From an uncultured Solirubrobacterales bacterium (lineage in GTDB: Bacteria; Actinomycetota; Thermoleophilia; Solirubrobacterales; Solirubrobacteraceae), in assembly GCA_963734715.1 (NCBI GenBank), contig CAVTIB010000002.1:299733-363732 (forward strand): DNA of 64,000 bases. Reading direction: 5' to 3'. How positions within the stretch are numbered: position 1 is the first letter of the stretch; each line of letters starts with the position of its first letter. The translations under genes were made by a program, and so were the position numbers. Under the pieces are notes generated by a model. The model ran no database searches. It had not been told where the DNA came from and was given only the letters and a program-made list of their open reading frames with translations. Positions 1-9,653 of this stretch are shown here, in pieces.

Positions 1-31
1 CTGCATCCGAACCACCGTACATCATGGGTGA

Positions 32-976
32 ATGGCCTCCGCAACAAGCCTCTCGCCGCGGGAAACCCAGACGGTCGTCACGTTGCGCGCCGATCAGGAG
101 ATAGACGGCGTCTTTGCCTGCATCCGCAAGGAGCGTCAGCTCTCGCGCGCGGGTACGCCCTATCTGACGGTCGAGTTGCGCGACAACACCGGGACGATCC
201 TCGCGCGTGCGTTTCGCGATGCCGACATGCTGGCTGGGCGCTTCGAGCGAGGGGAGCTCGTGCGTGTGAGTGGGCGCGTGGAGCGCTTTCGCGACGAGCT
301 GCAGATCGCGCTCGCCACGATTGCGCGCGCGGATGGCGTCGAGGCCGACCCCGACCGCTTCTTGCCGACGGCCTACCGCGACCTGAACGAGCTCGAAGGC
401 TTTCTGGAGCACCTCGCGCGAGAGGTCTATGACCCGGGACTCAAGGAATTGCTGTCGCGCCTGCTCGGTGATGAGGCGCTGCGCGCGGAGCTACGCCGCG
501 CGCCCTGCTCGCTGCCGGCGCTCGGCTCGGACTCCGGTCGAGCGGGCTCGGGACGCTCAGGCTCTCACCACGCCTATCTCGGTGGTCTGCTCGAGCACAC
601 CGTTGCGGTGGCAACGATGGCACTCGAGCTCTGCACGCTGCATCCGCGTCTGGACCGCGATCTGCTGGTGAGCGCCGCGATCGTCCACGACCTTGGCAAG
701 ACCCGTGAGTTCACCTACGGCTCAGAGATCGCGCGCAGCAGAGAGGGCCAGTTGCTGGGTCACATCGAGCTGGGCCTGCGTCTGCTCGCATTTCACGCTC
801 CGCGGTCCCTCGAGGATGAGCGCCGGCTGGCGCTCGAGCACTGTGTGATGCTCCATCACGGGGCCGACGCGGCAAGCGGGCAGCGTTTCGCCTCCGGGGA
901 GGCTCTGGCGCTTTATCGGCTAAACGCACTCGATGCTCAAGTAAAGGGCGCTCTAGAGCACGGAATGTCGCGGTAG
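32..976 (+). CDS. YhaM-like OB-fold + HD-domain 3'-5' exonuclease
   Basis: N-terminal OB-fold-like segment (YLTVELRDNTG), motifs HHAYLGGLLEHT and VHDLGK. Confidence 0.8.
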   Translation: MASATSLSPRETQTVVTLRADQEIDGVFACIRKERQLSRAGTPYLTVELRDNTGTILARAFRDADMLAGRFERGELVRVSGRVERFRDELQIALATIARADGVEADPDRFLPTAYRDLNELEGFLEHLAREVYDPGLKELLSRLLGDEALRAELRRAPCSLPALGSDSGRAGSGRSGSHHAYLGGLLEHTVAVATMALELCTLHPRLDRDLLVSAAIVHDLGKTREFTYGSEIARSREGQLLGHIELGLRLLAFHAPRSLEDERRLALEHCVMLHHGADAASGQRFASGEALALYRLNALDAQVKGALEHGMSR

Positions 977-998
977 TCGATCAAGCGGCGTCCCGCGA

Positions 999-2783
999 AT
1001 GCCGATAAAAACGGCGATGCGCGATACCGCCATGCCCACAGCCAGCTCGCCTCCGGGATCTGAGGAGGAGATCGCCAACGGGCCTCCCGGAGACGGCCTG
1101 TACTCCCCGCTTCGCTCGGGACGCTCCGCGCGCATGATCGGCGAGGTGATCGTGGACCTGGGCTATGCCGACCGCGAGACGGTCGAGCAGGCGGTGGCCG
1201 ACGCACGCTCGCAGGGCAGGCCCACCGGCCAGGTGCTGGTCGAGCAGGGCATCCTGCGCCACGACCAACTTGCCCGGGCGGTGGCTGAGCGCTTCGGCTT
1301 GGACTACATAGATCTGTCGGTCTACGACCTCGATATGGGCGCGGTCAACCTGATTCGCTCAGAGACCGCCAAGCGCTACCAGGCAGTTCCCGTCGGCTAC
1401 ACCGACGACGGAATGTTGCTGCTTGCGATGGCGGACCCGACCAACGTGTTGACGATCGACGACGTCGCGATGATGACGGGTCAGCGCGTAAAGGTCGCGG
1501 CGGCGTCGGTGGAGGATCTGAACCTGCTCCTCACGCGGCTCGCCCGGATGGACGACTCGATCGAGGACATCGTCGACGAGGATCATGACGCCGACTCCGA
1601 GCCCGATCTGCTCTCTGAGGAGGCTGACCGCGACGCTCCGGTCATCAAGCTGGTGCACTCGATCGTCGCTCAGGCGGCACAGCAGGGAGCCTCGGACATC
1701 CACATCAACCCCGAAGAGGGAGACACACGCGTGCTGTTCCGCGTCGATGGAGTGCTCTCTCCGGCCGCCACGGTCAAACGGAGGATGGCGATGAGCGTGG
1801 TGTCCCGCATCAAGATCATGGCGGACCTGGATATCTCCGAGAAGCGCCTGCCGCAGGACGGCCGATTCGCGTTGACGGTCGACGGGCGACGGGTGGACAT
1901 CCGCGTGGTCACGCTGCCGCTGGTCCATGGCGAGGGTGTCGTGATGCGCATCTTGGACAAAGGGGTGTCTGTCGAGGGGCTCGAGGCGCTGGGGATGCAG
2001 GAGGACGAGCTCAAGCGCTTCTCAGGCGCGATCGCCAAGCCGAACGGCGCCGTGCTCGTCACCGGACCCACCGGCTCGGGCAAGTCGACGACGCTGTATG
2101 CGGCGCTGAGCGTGCTCAACGACGGTCAGCGGAGCATCCTCACGATCGAGGATCCGGTGGAGCAACGCATGCAGGGCGTCAAGCAGATGCAGATCGCGCC
2201 CAAGGCCGGGGTCACATTCGATGTTGGCTTGCGCTCGATGCTGCGTGCCGACCCCGACGTGATCATGGTCGGTGAGATCCGCGACCGCGAGACCGCGCAC
2301 ATCGCCATCGAGGCGGCGCTCACCGGACACCTCGTGCTCTCGACCCTGCACACACGCGATGCGCCCAGCGCGCTGGGCCGCCTGATCGATATGGGCATCG
2401 AGCCGTTCCTGGTGTCCTCGGCGATCGACTGCATCGTCGCCCAGCGCCTGCTGCGCCTGCTGTGCAAGCACTGCAAGCGCCCGCTGAAGGTTTCAGAGGC
2501 CGTGCTCGTCGAGCACGGCTTGGCTGGCGCCGAGCTGTTTGAGCCGGTCGGCTGCTCGCGCTGCGGTGGCTCGGGCTATCGCGGCCGGGTGGGGGTGTAC
2601 GAGGTGATGTCCGTCAGTGAGAAGATCCGCGCGCTGATCCTCGAGCGCGCCTCGGTCGACGAGATGGTCGCCGTCGCCGTCGCCGACGGGATGCTGCGCC
2701 TGCGCGACGACGGCTTGTTGAAGGTACGCGAAGGGCTCACTTCGATCGCGGAGGTCGAACGGATGACCTCCAGCATGCTCTGA
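999..2783 (+). CDS. GspE/PulE/PilB family secretion/pilus assembly ATPase (start uncertain)
   Basis: Walker A GPTGSGKST, TIEDPVE, LRADPDVIMVGEIRD, STLHT, CxxC...CxxC Zn site, N-terminal IGEVIVDLG/TGQVLVEQG MshEN-like repeats. Confidence 0.92.
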   Translation: MPIKTAMRDTAMPTASSPPGSEEEIANGPPGDGLYSPLRSGRSARMIGEVIVDLGYADRETVEQAVADARSQGRPTGQVLVEQGILRHDQLARAVAERFGLDYIDLSVYDLDMGAVNLIRSETAKRYQAVPVGYTDDGMLLLAMADPTNVLTIDDVAMMTGQRVKVAAASVEDLNLLLTRLARMDDSIEDIVDEDHDADSEPDLLSEEADRDAPVIKLVHSIVAQAAQQGASDIHINPEEGDTRVLFRVDGVLSPAATVKRRMAMSVVSRIKIMADLDISEKRLPQDGRFALTVDGRRVDIRVVTLPLVHGEGVVMRILDKGVSVEGLEALGMQEDELKRFSGAIAKPNGAVLVTGPTGSGKSTTLYAALSVLNDGQRSILTIEDPVEQRMQGVKQMQIAPKAGVTFDVGLRSMLRADPDVIMVGEIRDRETAHIAIEAALTGHLVLSTLHTRDAPSALGRLIDMGIEPFLVSSAIDCIVAQRLLRLLCKHCKRPLKVSEAVLVEHGLAGAELFEPVGCSRCGGSGYRGRVGVYEVMSVSEKIRALILERASVDEMVAVAVADGMLRLRDDGLLKVREGLTSIAEVERMTSSML

Positions 2784-2866
2784 GCGACGGCTTGCGCCTA
2801 CGGCTGGGGCAGCGGGCCTTGGAGCGTCACGCGCACACATGACGCCGCCCACAAGCCGAGGCTCCG

Positions 2867-3505
2867 CTACTTCTTCTTTGTCGTGGCCTTTTTCTTGCCC
2901 TTCTTACCCTTTGTCGCTTTCTTCACGATCGCCTTGGGGTTCAGCCGGTTGCCGCCCGACAGGGCGTCCGGCTTGCAGCCCGTGGGACGGCCGAGATCGT
3001 ACGGTCCCGAGATCGCCTGGGTGAGCACGCCTTTTTCGAGGTACGCGTAGGTGACCGTCAGCAGCGGGTCGACACGTGGCTCGGCGCACAGCTTGGACCC
3101 GATCGAGAACTGCCCGGTGATCGTCTCGTATCCCTGCTTGGCCAGGCCGACACAGTTGAGCGCGTAGCCGGGAATTTCCGCGGAGCAGGAGAACGTGTCG
3201 GTCAGCGACTTCCCAGTTGCAATCGAGTTCGCGAGCGGCTGACCCTCGACCCCGGTCACCGGGATCTGTGCCTGCAACTGGTAGCCGGTGATCGGGCCGT
3301 TGCAGTAGAACGTGTACTGCACCTGCTGTTCTTCGCTGCCCGCTTCTGGCTGGCCCGCGGCGATGCTGCCGAGGCAGCTGTCGTTGTTGGGGTTGGTTTC
3401 TTCCGCGCGGCTGATCGCCGGGGTGCTGAGCAGGGCGAGGGTAGAACCCACGATCGCGACGAGCCACCACGTGGCCTTGCGGTGGGCGGGATGTAGTGCG
3501 TGCAA
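2867..3505 (-). CDS. Secreted Cys-rich hypothetical protein with Lys-rich tail
   Basis: AAGGAG RBS before TTG start, signal peptide (..ISRA/EE), six Cys, C-terminal KKATKGKKGKKKATTKKK. Confidence 0.75.
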   Translation of the reverse strand: MHALHPAHRKATWWLVAIVGSTLALLSTPAISRAEETNPNNDSCLGSIAAGQPEAGSEEQQVQYTFYCNGPITGYQLQAQIPVTGVEGQPLANSIATGKSLTDTFSCSAEIPGYALNCVGLAKQGYETITGQFSIGSKLCAEPRVDPLLTVTYAYLEKGVLTQAISGPYDLGRPTGCKPDALSGGNRLNPKAIVKKATKGKKGKKKATTKKK

Positions 3506-3562
3506 CGTGGGTCTCCTTGGTTGGTTTCAGAGCTGCGGATGTACGGTCTGGGGGTGCGACGT

Positions 3563-4531
3563 CTAGTGCAGGAGCCCGGAAAGGCTCTGCTTGGGTGAAG
3601 TTGGGTTGAAGGTGCTTGTCGCCCGCGCTCCGGCGCGGGCGAAGGGAGAGAGGAGCAGGACGCCTGCGGGAGTCTCGGAGCTGAGCGTCGCGGTCGACGT
3701 GCCGGCTGGCAGACTCGACGCCGTCGCGTTGCCGATCGTGGCGAAGCTGATCACGATCAGGCCATGAGCACGGTAGGCGGCGCTCGAAGTGATCGTCGGG
3801 ACGGTCTGTTTGAGGAATTCATCGGCGGCACTCAGCGCGCCCGCGGTCTCGGGCGCGCACTGTGCGCCGGTCGCGCCTTCGGGGCACGGAGGCTGGACGA
3901 TCGAGTCCAACGTCTGCGGTGGTGTGCCCCCGAGCAGGCCGGCCTCGCTTGCGAACGCGCCGCCGTCCAGGGCGGACCAGCTGCTCAGGAGCGTGCCCGC
4001 GGGCACCAGCTCGGAGTCGATGTAGGCGGCGGCGGCCGGCTGGGAGAGGGCCTGCGCGAAGGTGGCGCCGGAAAGCGTGATCAGCCACACGCTCGTGACC
4101 GGTGGGAGCGTGCTCGGCTTGGTCGTGCTCGTCGGCGCAGTCGTTTTCGTAGTCGTCTTCGATGTCGAGATCGGCGTGGCCGTTGCCGATGACGAGCTGC
4201 CTTTCACGGTCCGTTTGCGCAGTAGCCGGCGTCTTTTCCCCGTGGGCGTCGCTTCCGCGCTGAGCGGCGGCGGCTGGACTGGGGCCACCGTGCTCTGCGC
4301 GGCTCTGCTCGTGGCGATCCGGGCCAGCGAGCTGAGTAGCACCGGAAGATTGGAGCTGGCCAGGGATGCGTTGGGCGCGGGGCCGATCGCCGCGCCGACG
4401 GCCACGCCGAGGACAAGCATCCCCGCTGCCAGCGTCGCGATGGCCCGTGAGGAGGGCAGGCGCGGGACGCCCGAGGCGGGTCGTGGGCCATCCGCCGAGT
4501 CGTGGCTGGGGGTGTCAGGCGTGGTGGTCAA
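3563..4531 (-). CDS. Membrane-anchored degenerate phosphoesterase (acid phosphatase/PLC-like) protein
   Basis: TM helix, Ser/Thr linker, then SVWLITLSG ... ADEFLKQTVPTITSSAAY..GLIVISF ... GVLLLSPF, resembling the phosphoesterase fold without its catalytic residues. Confidence 0.6.
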   Translation of the reverse strand: MTTTPDTPSHDSADGPRPASGVPRLPSSRAIATLAAGMLVLGVAVGAAIGPAPNASLASSNLPVLLSSLARIATSRAAQSTVAPVQPPPLSAEATPTGKRRRLLRKRTVKGSSSSATATPISTSKTTTKTTAPTSTTKPSTLPPVTSVWLITLSGATFAQALSQPAAAAYIDSELVPAGTLLSSWSALDGGAFASEAGLLGGTPPQTLDSIVQPPCPEGATGAQCAPETAGALSAADEFLKQTVPTITSSAAYRAHGLIVISFATIGNATASSLPAGTSTATLSSETPAGVLLLSPFARAGARATSTFNPTSPKQSLSGLLH

Positions 4532-4572
4532 GAACTTGGATTGGTCAGGAAGCAGGCGTGTCGGGACATCTT

Positions 4573-4640
4573 CTTCATAAAATAGCTTATCTTGATCGGG
4601 CTAATGAGGATTATGCTAGATTCGCTCGCGACAAACTGTC
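4573..4640. promoter_or_regulatory. AT-rich divergent promoter region with CTTCAT/ATGAGG half-sites
   Basis: AT-rich intergenic stretch; CTTCATAA motif recurs upstream of pstB. Confidence 0.35.
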
Positions 4641-4667
4641 AACCATCGGAAATGGAGTCTCTGTTCA

Positions 4668-5486
4668 ATGCATCGAATCCGCCGTCTCTCCGTCGCCCTC
4701 ACGGTCGCTGGCGTGGTCGGGGTCGCGGCGCCCGCCCTCGCCGGTGCCACCGCCCTGGTGACCATCAGTGGCGCCACGTCTTCCTATCCGCTTGTCTCTC
4801 TGCTCGCGGCTAAGTACGTCAAGCTGCACCCGAACAAGATCAGGTTCAAGATCACCCAGGGCGGCACGACCGTCGGCCTGAGCAACGTCAAAAACGGCAG
4901 CGACACAATCGCCGACGTCGCCCAGGAACCAAACGGCAGCGATGCGGGTTTGAGCTTCAATCCGATCGCCAAGTACGCGATCTGCGTGGTCACGAACAAG
5001 TCCAACCCCGTGACCAATCTCACCCCGGCGCAGGTCACCTCGATCTTCACCGGTAAGACGAAGACGTGGAGCAGCGCGTTGGGCGGCGCCACGGCTGCCG
5101 GCCCGATCGATGTGATCACCCGCACGGCCGTCGCTGGGGTGCTGACCAGCTTCAAGTCGCTGCTGCTCGAAGGCAAGAGCGTCGAGTCCAGCGCCACCGA
5201 AGAGTCCACCGAGGGTCTGGAGCGCCAGCAGGTCGAAAGCGACCCGAACTCGATCGGTTTCCTATCCAACTATCAGGCGAACAAAGGCGGCCTGACCTCC
5301 GTCGAGTACAACGGCGTCGCGTGCAACCAGACGACAGCGGCCTCCGCGCAATACGCCGGCGTGGCGGTCTTCTTCGAGGTCACCAAAGGCCCCGCAAAGG
5401 GAGCCGCGGCGGCCTTCATCAACTGGATCGACCAATCAGGCGCGGCGAAAAAGATCATCGCCAGCCAGTGGGTCCCGATCGGCTAG
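4668..5486 (+). CDS. pstS: PstS-family substrate-binding protein (atypical binding motifs)
   Basis: Signal peptide, TISGATSSYP, NLTPAQVTSIFTG..TW, DPNSIGF; first gene of a pstCAB-like operon. Confidence 0.8.
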   Translation: MHRIRRLSVALTVAGVVGVAAPALAGATALVTISGATSSYPLVSLLAAKYVKLHPNKIRFKITQGGTTVGLSNVKNGSDTIADVAQEPNGSDAGLSFNPIAKYAICVVTNKSNPVTNLTPAQVTSIFTGKTKTWSSALGGATAAGPIDVITRTAVAGVLTSFKSLLLEGKSVESSATEESTEGLERQQVESDPNSIGFLSNYQANKGGLTSVEYNGVACNQTTAASAQYAGVAVFFEVTKGPAKGAAAAFINWIDQSGAAKKIIASQWVPIG

Positions 5487-5492
5487 CAGCAG

Positions 5493-6476
5493 TTGCTCGA
5501 GCGGCTGAGAAGACCATGGCCTGACCACCGCGCCGAGCGTCTGCTCGGCGCGGTGTCGTTGCTGATCGGCATTGGCGTGCTCGCGATCGTCGTGTTTGTC
5601 GCGACCAAGGCTTGGCCGCTGTTCCAGCACAACGGGCTCAGCTGGTTGTTGGGCGGCGGGGATCTCGAAACCGAGATCAACAAGATGACCGCCGCAACCA
5701 GCAACCCGTCGGCGGCCGTCTATCACCTGCGCGCGTGGCCGCTGATCTACGGCACGCTGCTGACGAGCGGGATCGCGGTCGTGCTTGGTCTGGTGATCGC
5801 GGTGCTCTCCTCGGTCTTCATCGTCGAGCTCGCGCCCAGGCGCGTGAGCAGGGTGGTGATCCCGATGGTGCGCCTGCTCGCGTCGGTTCCGTCGGTCATC
5901 TACGGGCTGATCGGGATCTTGGTGCTGGTGCCGTTCGTCGGCAACCACATCATCACCCTGCACGAGAAGGAATCGGTGGCGAACGTCGTTCAGCTGACCG
6001 GCCAGTCGCTGCTCGTGACCGTCGTGATCCTCACGGTAATGATCACGCCGATCATGATCGCGCTGATCTGCGAGGCGCTCTCCTCGGTGCCGCCATCCTG
6101 GCGTGAGGGCGCGGTGGCGTTGGGGCTGAACCCGCTGCGCGCGGTGCGCGCGGTGACGCTGCCCGCGATCCGCCCAGCGATCGTCGCTGCCGCCGTGCTC
6201 GCGGCAGCGCGTGCGCTCGGTGAGGCAGTGATGATCCAGATGGTCTCCGGTGGCAAGTTCTTCAGCCCCAAGCCGATCGACGGGACTGTGTTCTTCTACG
6301 AGCCGCTGCGCACACTCGCCTCGGCGATCGTCGACCTGCGCGACGGGATCAGCTCGCCCGCGCTGGGCGCCGGCGTATACGGGTTCGCGCTGCTGCTGCT
6401 GTTCTCGGCGTTCGCGCTGTCGGTGACCGGCTACCTGGTCAAGCTCCCGCTGCGCAAGTACCAGACACGCGGATGA
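5493..6476 (+). CDS. pstC: Phosphate ABC transporter permease PstC
   Basis: PLIYGTLLTS, LASVPSVIYG, EAA-like loop (WREGAVALG), ARALGE. Confidence 0.88.
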   Translation: MLERLRRPWPDHRAERLLGAVSLLIGIGVLAIVVFVATKAWPLFQHNGLSWLLGGGDLETEINKMTAATSNPSAAVYHLRAWPLIYGTLLTSGIAVVLGLVIAVLSSVFIVELAPRRVSRVVIPMVRLLASVPSVIYGLIGILVLVPFVGNHIITLHEKESVANVVQLTGQSLLVTVVILTVMITPIMIALICEALSSVPPSWREGAVALGLNPLRAVRAVTLPAIRPAIVAAAVLAAARALGEAVMIQMVSGGKFFSPKPIDGTVFFYEPLRTLASAIVDLRDGISSPALGAGVYGFALLLLFSAFALSVTGYLVKLPLRKYQTRG

Positions 6477-7516
6477 GTACGCCTCCGACATCCTCCGCGC
6501 GCGGCTGGAGCTGGCGTGATTCCACGCCCAACCCAAGCAAGGGCGGTGGCGGCGGACGCGGTCGGCGCTCCTCGCCGATGAGCTGGCGCTGGGGCGATCG
6601 GCTGGTGCTCGCGGCCGCGTGGATCGCTGGGATCATGCTGTGCGTGATCGCCGCCGCGATCGTGCTGTACATGGGATACCGCGGCGTCCAGTACCTGCGC
6701 CCAAGCCTGATCTTCAGCCGCCCGCAGGTCAGCGCCAATCAGGCCGGATCGGGCGGGTTCCTGGATCCGCTGCTCGGGACGATGCTGCTGACGGTGATCG
6801 GCATCGCGCTCGCGCTGCCGCTCGCGCTCTCGGCCGCCGTGTGGATCGCCGAGTATGGCCAAGGTGGGCGGGGACGTCAATCCCTCGCGCGCGTGGTCGA
6901 GTCGAGCATCGAGGTCGTCGCCGGGACCCCCGACATCGTGATCGCGATCTTCGGGCTTGCGGTCTTCCAGCTGTCGCTGTTCGCGCCGTTCTCGTTCACC
7001 GCCGAAGGCGGCGGCGTATATGGCAAATCGTTCATCGCGGCCGGCGCGATGATGTCGCTGCTGGCGCTGCCGCCCGTGTATGCCGCCACACGCGACGGTC
7101 TCCAGGCGGTCCCCGGACATCAGCGTGAGGCGGCTTTTGCGCTCGGCAAGACACGCATCACGACGATCCGTCGCGTGCTGATCCCCAGCGTGCGCTCGAA
7201 CATCGCCACCGGCGTGACACTCGGCATGAGCCGCATCATCGGCTCGACCGCGATCGTGCTGCTGCTGCTCAGCAGCGCGCGCATCGAACCACAGGGCTCG
7301 TTTCCCGGGATCAACGTGCTGCGCGGCACCGGCTCGTCGTTGACGGGCTACATCTATGAAAACTCGCCGGCCGGCGAAGGCGGCGCCCCGCAGAAGGCAT
7401 ACGCGGCCGCGTTCGTGCTGCTCCTCCTCGTCCTCGTCCTGAACCTGATCGTGGGGCGCATCGGTCGCTCCCATGAGCAGGCTACAGGCATGTCCGTGAC
7501 GGGAGGGGCCGTATGA
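6473..7516 (+). CDS. pstA: Phosphate ABC transporter permease PstA
   Basis: GG..DPLLGT, AGTPDIVIAIFG, QAVP..QREAAFALG; ATGA overlap with pstC. Confidence 0.88.
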   Translation: MSTPPTSSARGWSWRDSTPNPSKGGGGGRGRRSSPMSWRWGDRLVLAAAWIAGIMLCVIAAAIVLYMGYRGVQYLRPSLIFSRPQVSANQAGSGGFLDPLLGTMLLTVIGIALALPLALSAAVWIAEYGQGGRGRQSLARVVESSIEVVAGTPDIVIAIFGLAVFQLSLFAPFSFTAEGGGVYGKSFIAAGAMMSLLALPPVYAATRDGLQAVPGHQREAAFALGKTRITTIRRVLIPSVRSNIATGVTLGMSRIIGSTAIVLLLLSSARIEPQGSFPGINVLRGTGSSLTGYIYENSPAGEGGAPQKAYAAAFVLLLLVLVLNLIVGRIGRSHEQATGMSVTGGAV

Positions 7517-7615
7517 GCCGCATGCAACTTCATAAGTTTTCCCCCATGAAGGCCCAAATCTTGGGTAACCTCATTGGTCTTATCGAGAACATTGGTTTGA
7601 TGGAGAAAGCACCCG

Positions 7616-8710
7616 ATGAGTCCTAAAGAGATGCTGCTCGAGCGCAGGAGCTTCGCCGCAAGTGAACGTGAGGAGCTTGGTGACCCTCGCCGGCCTCGCG
7701 CCGATCGGGAGTTGCGTGAGCCGCAGAGCGTTCGCGAGCCCGAGGCATTGCACGGAGTAGAGGCCGCCCGCGGACCAAGCCAGACGCGCGGACCAAGCCA
7801 GACGCGCGGGCCAAAGCACGCTCACCAGGCGGACCTGTCATCGGGACCGCAGGTGCCGCCCGTGCGCACGATCGTGCTCGATCGTCCGCCCGTCGCCGTC
7901 GCGCCACCGCTGCGCGAGCGCAATCCGCTGCGTGAACCCTCACCATCTACGGCTGGGTCCGAGCGCCTGCGCTTGCGCGACGTGAGCGTGGCCTTCGGCG
8001 AGAAACAGGCCGTCAAGTCGGTCTCGCTGTCGGTCCACAAGGGCGAGGTGCTGGCGCTGATCGGACCGTCGGGCTGCGGTAAGACGACGCTGCTGCGGAC
8101 GCTCAACCGCCTGACCGAGCTGACCGCGAGCGCCTCGCGCTCGGGTGAGGTACTGCTCGACGGTGAGGACATCCACGACCTTGTGGACACGACGCTGCGC
8201 TCACGTGTGGCGATGGTCTTTCAGCAGCCCAACCCATTCCCGATGTCGATCTTCGACAACGTCGCGTTTGCGCTGCGCGAGCAGGGGCGCAGGCGGCCCG
8301 GGCGCCGCGAGCTCGAGCCGCTGGTGATCGACGCGCTGAGCAGGGCGGGACTCTACGACGAGGTCCGCGACGACCTCGACCGGCCGGCGCTGCGCCTGTC
8401 GGGCGGCCAGCAGCAGCGCCTGTGCATCGCCCGCGCGATCGCGCCGCGACCCGAGGTGCTGCTGATGGACGAGCCGTGCAGCGCTCTGGACCCGATCTCT
8501 ACGGGCGTCGTCGAGCAGTTGATCGGCGAGCTGCGGCGCGAGTTGGCGGTCGTGATCGTTACTCACAACCTCGCGCAGGCCCACAGGGTGGCCGACAAGG
8601 TGGCCTTCATGTACCTGGGCGACCTCATCGAGTACGGGACGACGGAAGACATATTCGAGGCTCCGCGCGCGGAGCGCACGCGCGAATACGTCCAGGGAGC
8701 CTTTGGATGA
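7616..8710 (+). CDS. pstB: Phosphate ABC transporter ATP-binding protein with long low-complexity N-extension
   Basis: GPSGCGKT, MVFQQPNPFPMSIFDNV, LSGGQQQRLCIARA, DEPCSALDP, EYVQGAFG. Confidence 0.93.
   Translation: MSPKEMLLERRSFAASEREELGDPRRPRADRELREPQSVREPEALHGVEAARGPSQTRGPSQTRGPKHAHQADLSSGPQVPPVRTIVLDRPPVAVAPPLRERNPLREPSPSTAGSERLRLRDVSVAFGEKQAVKSVSLSVHKGEVLALIGPSGCGKTTLLRTLNRLTELTASASRSGEVLLDGEDIHDLVDTTLRSRVAMVFQQPNPFPMSIFDNVAFALREQGRRRPGRRELEPLVIDALSRAGLYDEVRDDLDRPALRLSGGQQQRLCIARAIAPRPEVLLMDEPCSALDPISTGVVEQLIGELRRELAVVIVTHNLAQAHRVADKVAFMYLGDLIEYGTTEDIFEAPRAERTREYVQGAFG
7769..7814 (+). repeat. 18-bp tandem repeat (CGCGGACCAAGCCAGACG x2.5) in the pstB N-extension
   Basis: Direct reading; encodes RGPSQT repeats. 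Confidence 0.9.
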
Positions 8711-9003
8711 GCATGCGACCGATCGGAGATCGGTCGGCGCCGCGGTTGAGTTCTGGTGTGGTGCGGATGAGGCGGGCACTGGCCGTTGCCGGTTGCGGAG
8801 TGCTGAGTGTGGGCCTGTCTGCATGCGAGAGCACCGAGCAGGAAAGCGCCCGGATAGGCCGTGAAAACAGCGCTGGCGCTCAGGCTGCGCACAGACCGCT
8901 CACGCACAGACCTCTCACGCATAGCCACGCCGGTGCGCGCTCGCGTGAGCGCAGAGGTGGCCCCACTCACGGGACGCCCAGCAGCGGTTCGGTTTCCCGA
9001 TGA
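8707..9003 (+). CDS. Small putative lipoprotein
   Basis: ATG overlaps pstB stop, lipobox LSAC, HRPLT duplicated, stop overlaps next ATG. Confidence 0.55.
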   Translation: MSMRPIGDRSAPRLSSGVVRMRRALAVAGCGVLSVGLSACESTEQESARIGRENSAGAQAAHRPLTHRPLTHSHAGARSRERRGGPTHGTPSSGSVSR

Positions 9004-9653
9004 CGAGCCTCGCTCCGGTACCGGCTGAAAGCTCAGCCTGCGCGAACTGCTCGGCTCCGCTCCTCGCGGACCAGCGCTACTGCCTCTCCTGTGGGCATCC
9101 GTGCTCGCCGGTTCGACTTGCGTTCCTGGATGTCTTGGAGGCAGAGCGCCCAACCCCGCTCGGCGTGGGGCCCGTGGGTAACACGCCAGTCGCCTATCCG
9201 CCCTATGCCGAACCCCCGGGGGGACCGGCATGGCTGCGCCGCTACTCACCGTTCTTCGCCGTCGCCTCGGTGTTGCTGCTCGCGCTGATCGTCGGCCTGC
9301 TCGTCGGCCATTGGGTCACTCAGAGTAAGACGCCCGTGGCCAGCGGCCCTGAGGTCGTCAAAATCGAAGGCCTGGGCGGCACGCCGCTCGCCTCGGCGAC
9401 GGGTACGACCACCACTCCCACGAGCGCCGCGCCAACGGCGACAGGCAAATCCAGCTCGTCCGCCAAGAGTGAAGAAGAAAAAGAAAAGGCTGAAGCCAAG
9501 GCGGAAGAAAAGGCCGAAGAAAAGACGCCCGCCAAAGCGCCACCGCCCGCCAAAGACAGCGCTGAAAAAGTGAGCAAACTGGAAAAAACGACGGGCAAGG
9601 CGAAAGAGAAGGAAGTGAACAAGATCACGACCGCGCCAATCGAAGTCAAATGA
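9000..9653 (+). CDS. Zinc-ribbon membrane protein
   Basis: CANC..CLSCG, one TM helix, Thr/Ser and Lys/Glu-rich tail. Confidence 0.75.
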   Translation: MTSLAPVPAESSACANCSAPLLADQRYCLSCGHPCSPVRLAFLDVLEAERPTPLGVGPVGNTPVAYPPYAEPPGGPAWLRRYSPFFAVASVLLLALIVGLLVGHWVTQSKTPVASGPEVVKIEGLGGTPLASATGTTTTPTSAAPTATGKSSSSAKSEEEKEKAEAKAEEKAEEKTPAKAPPPAKDSAEKVSKLEKTTGKAKEKEVNKITTAPIEVK

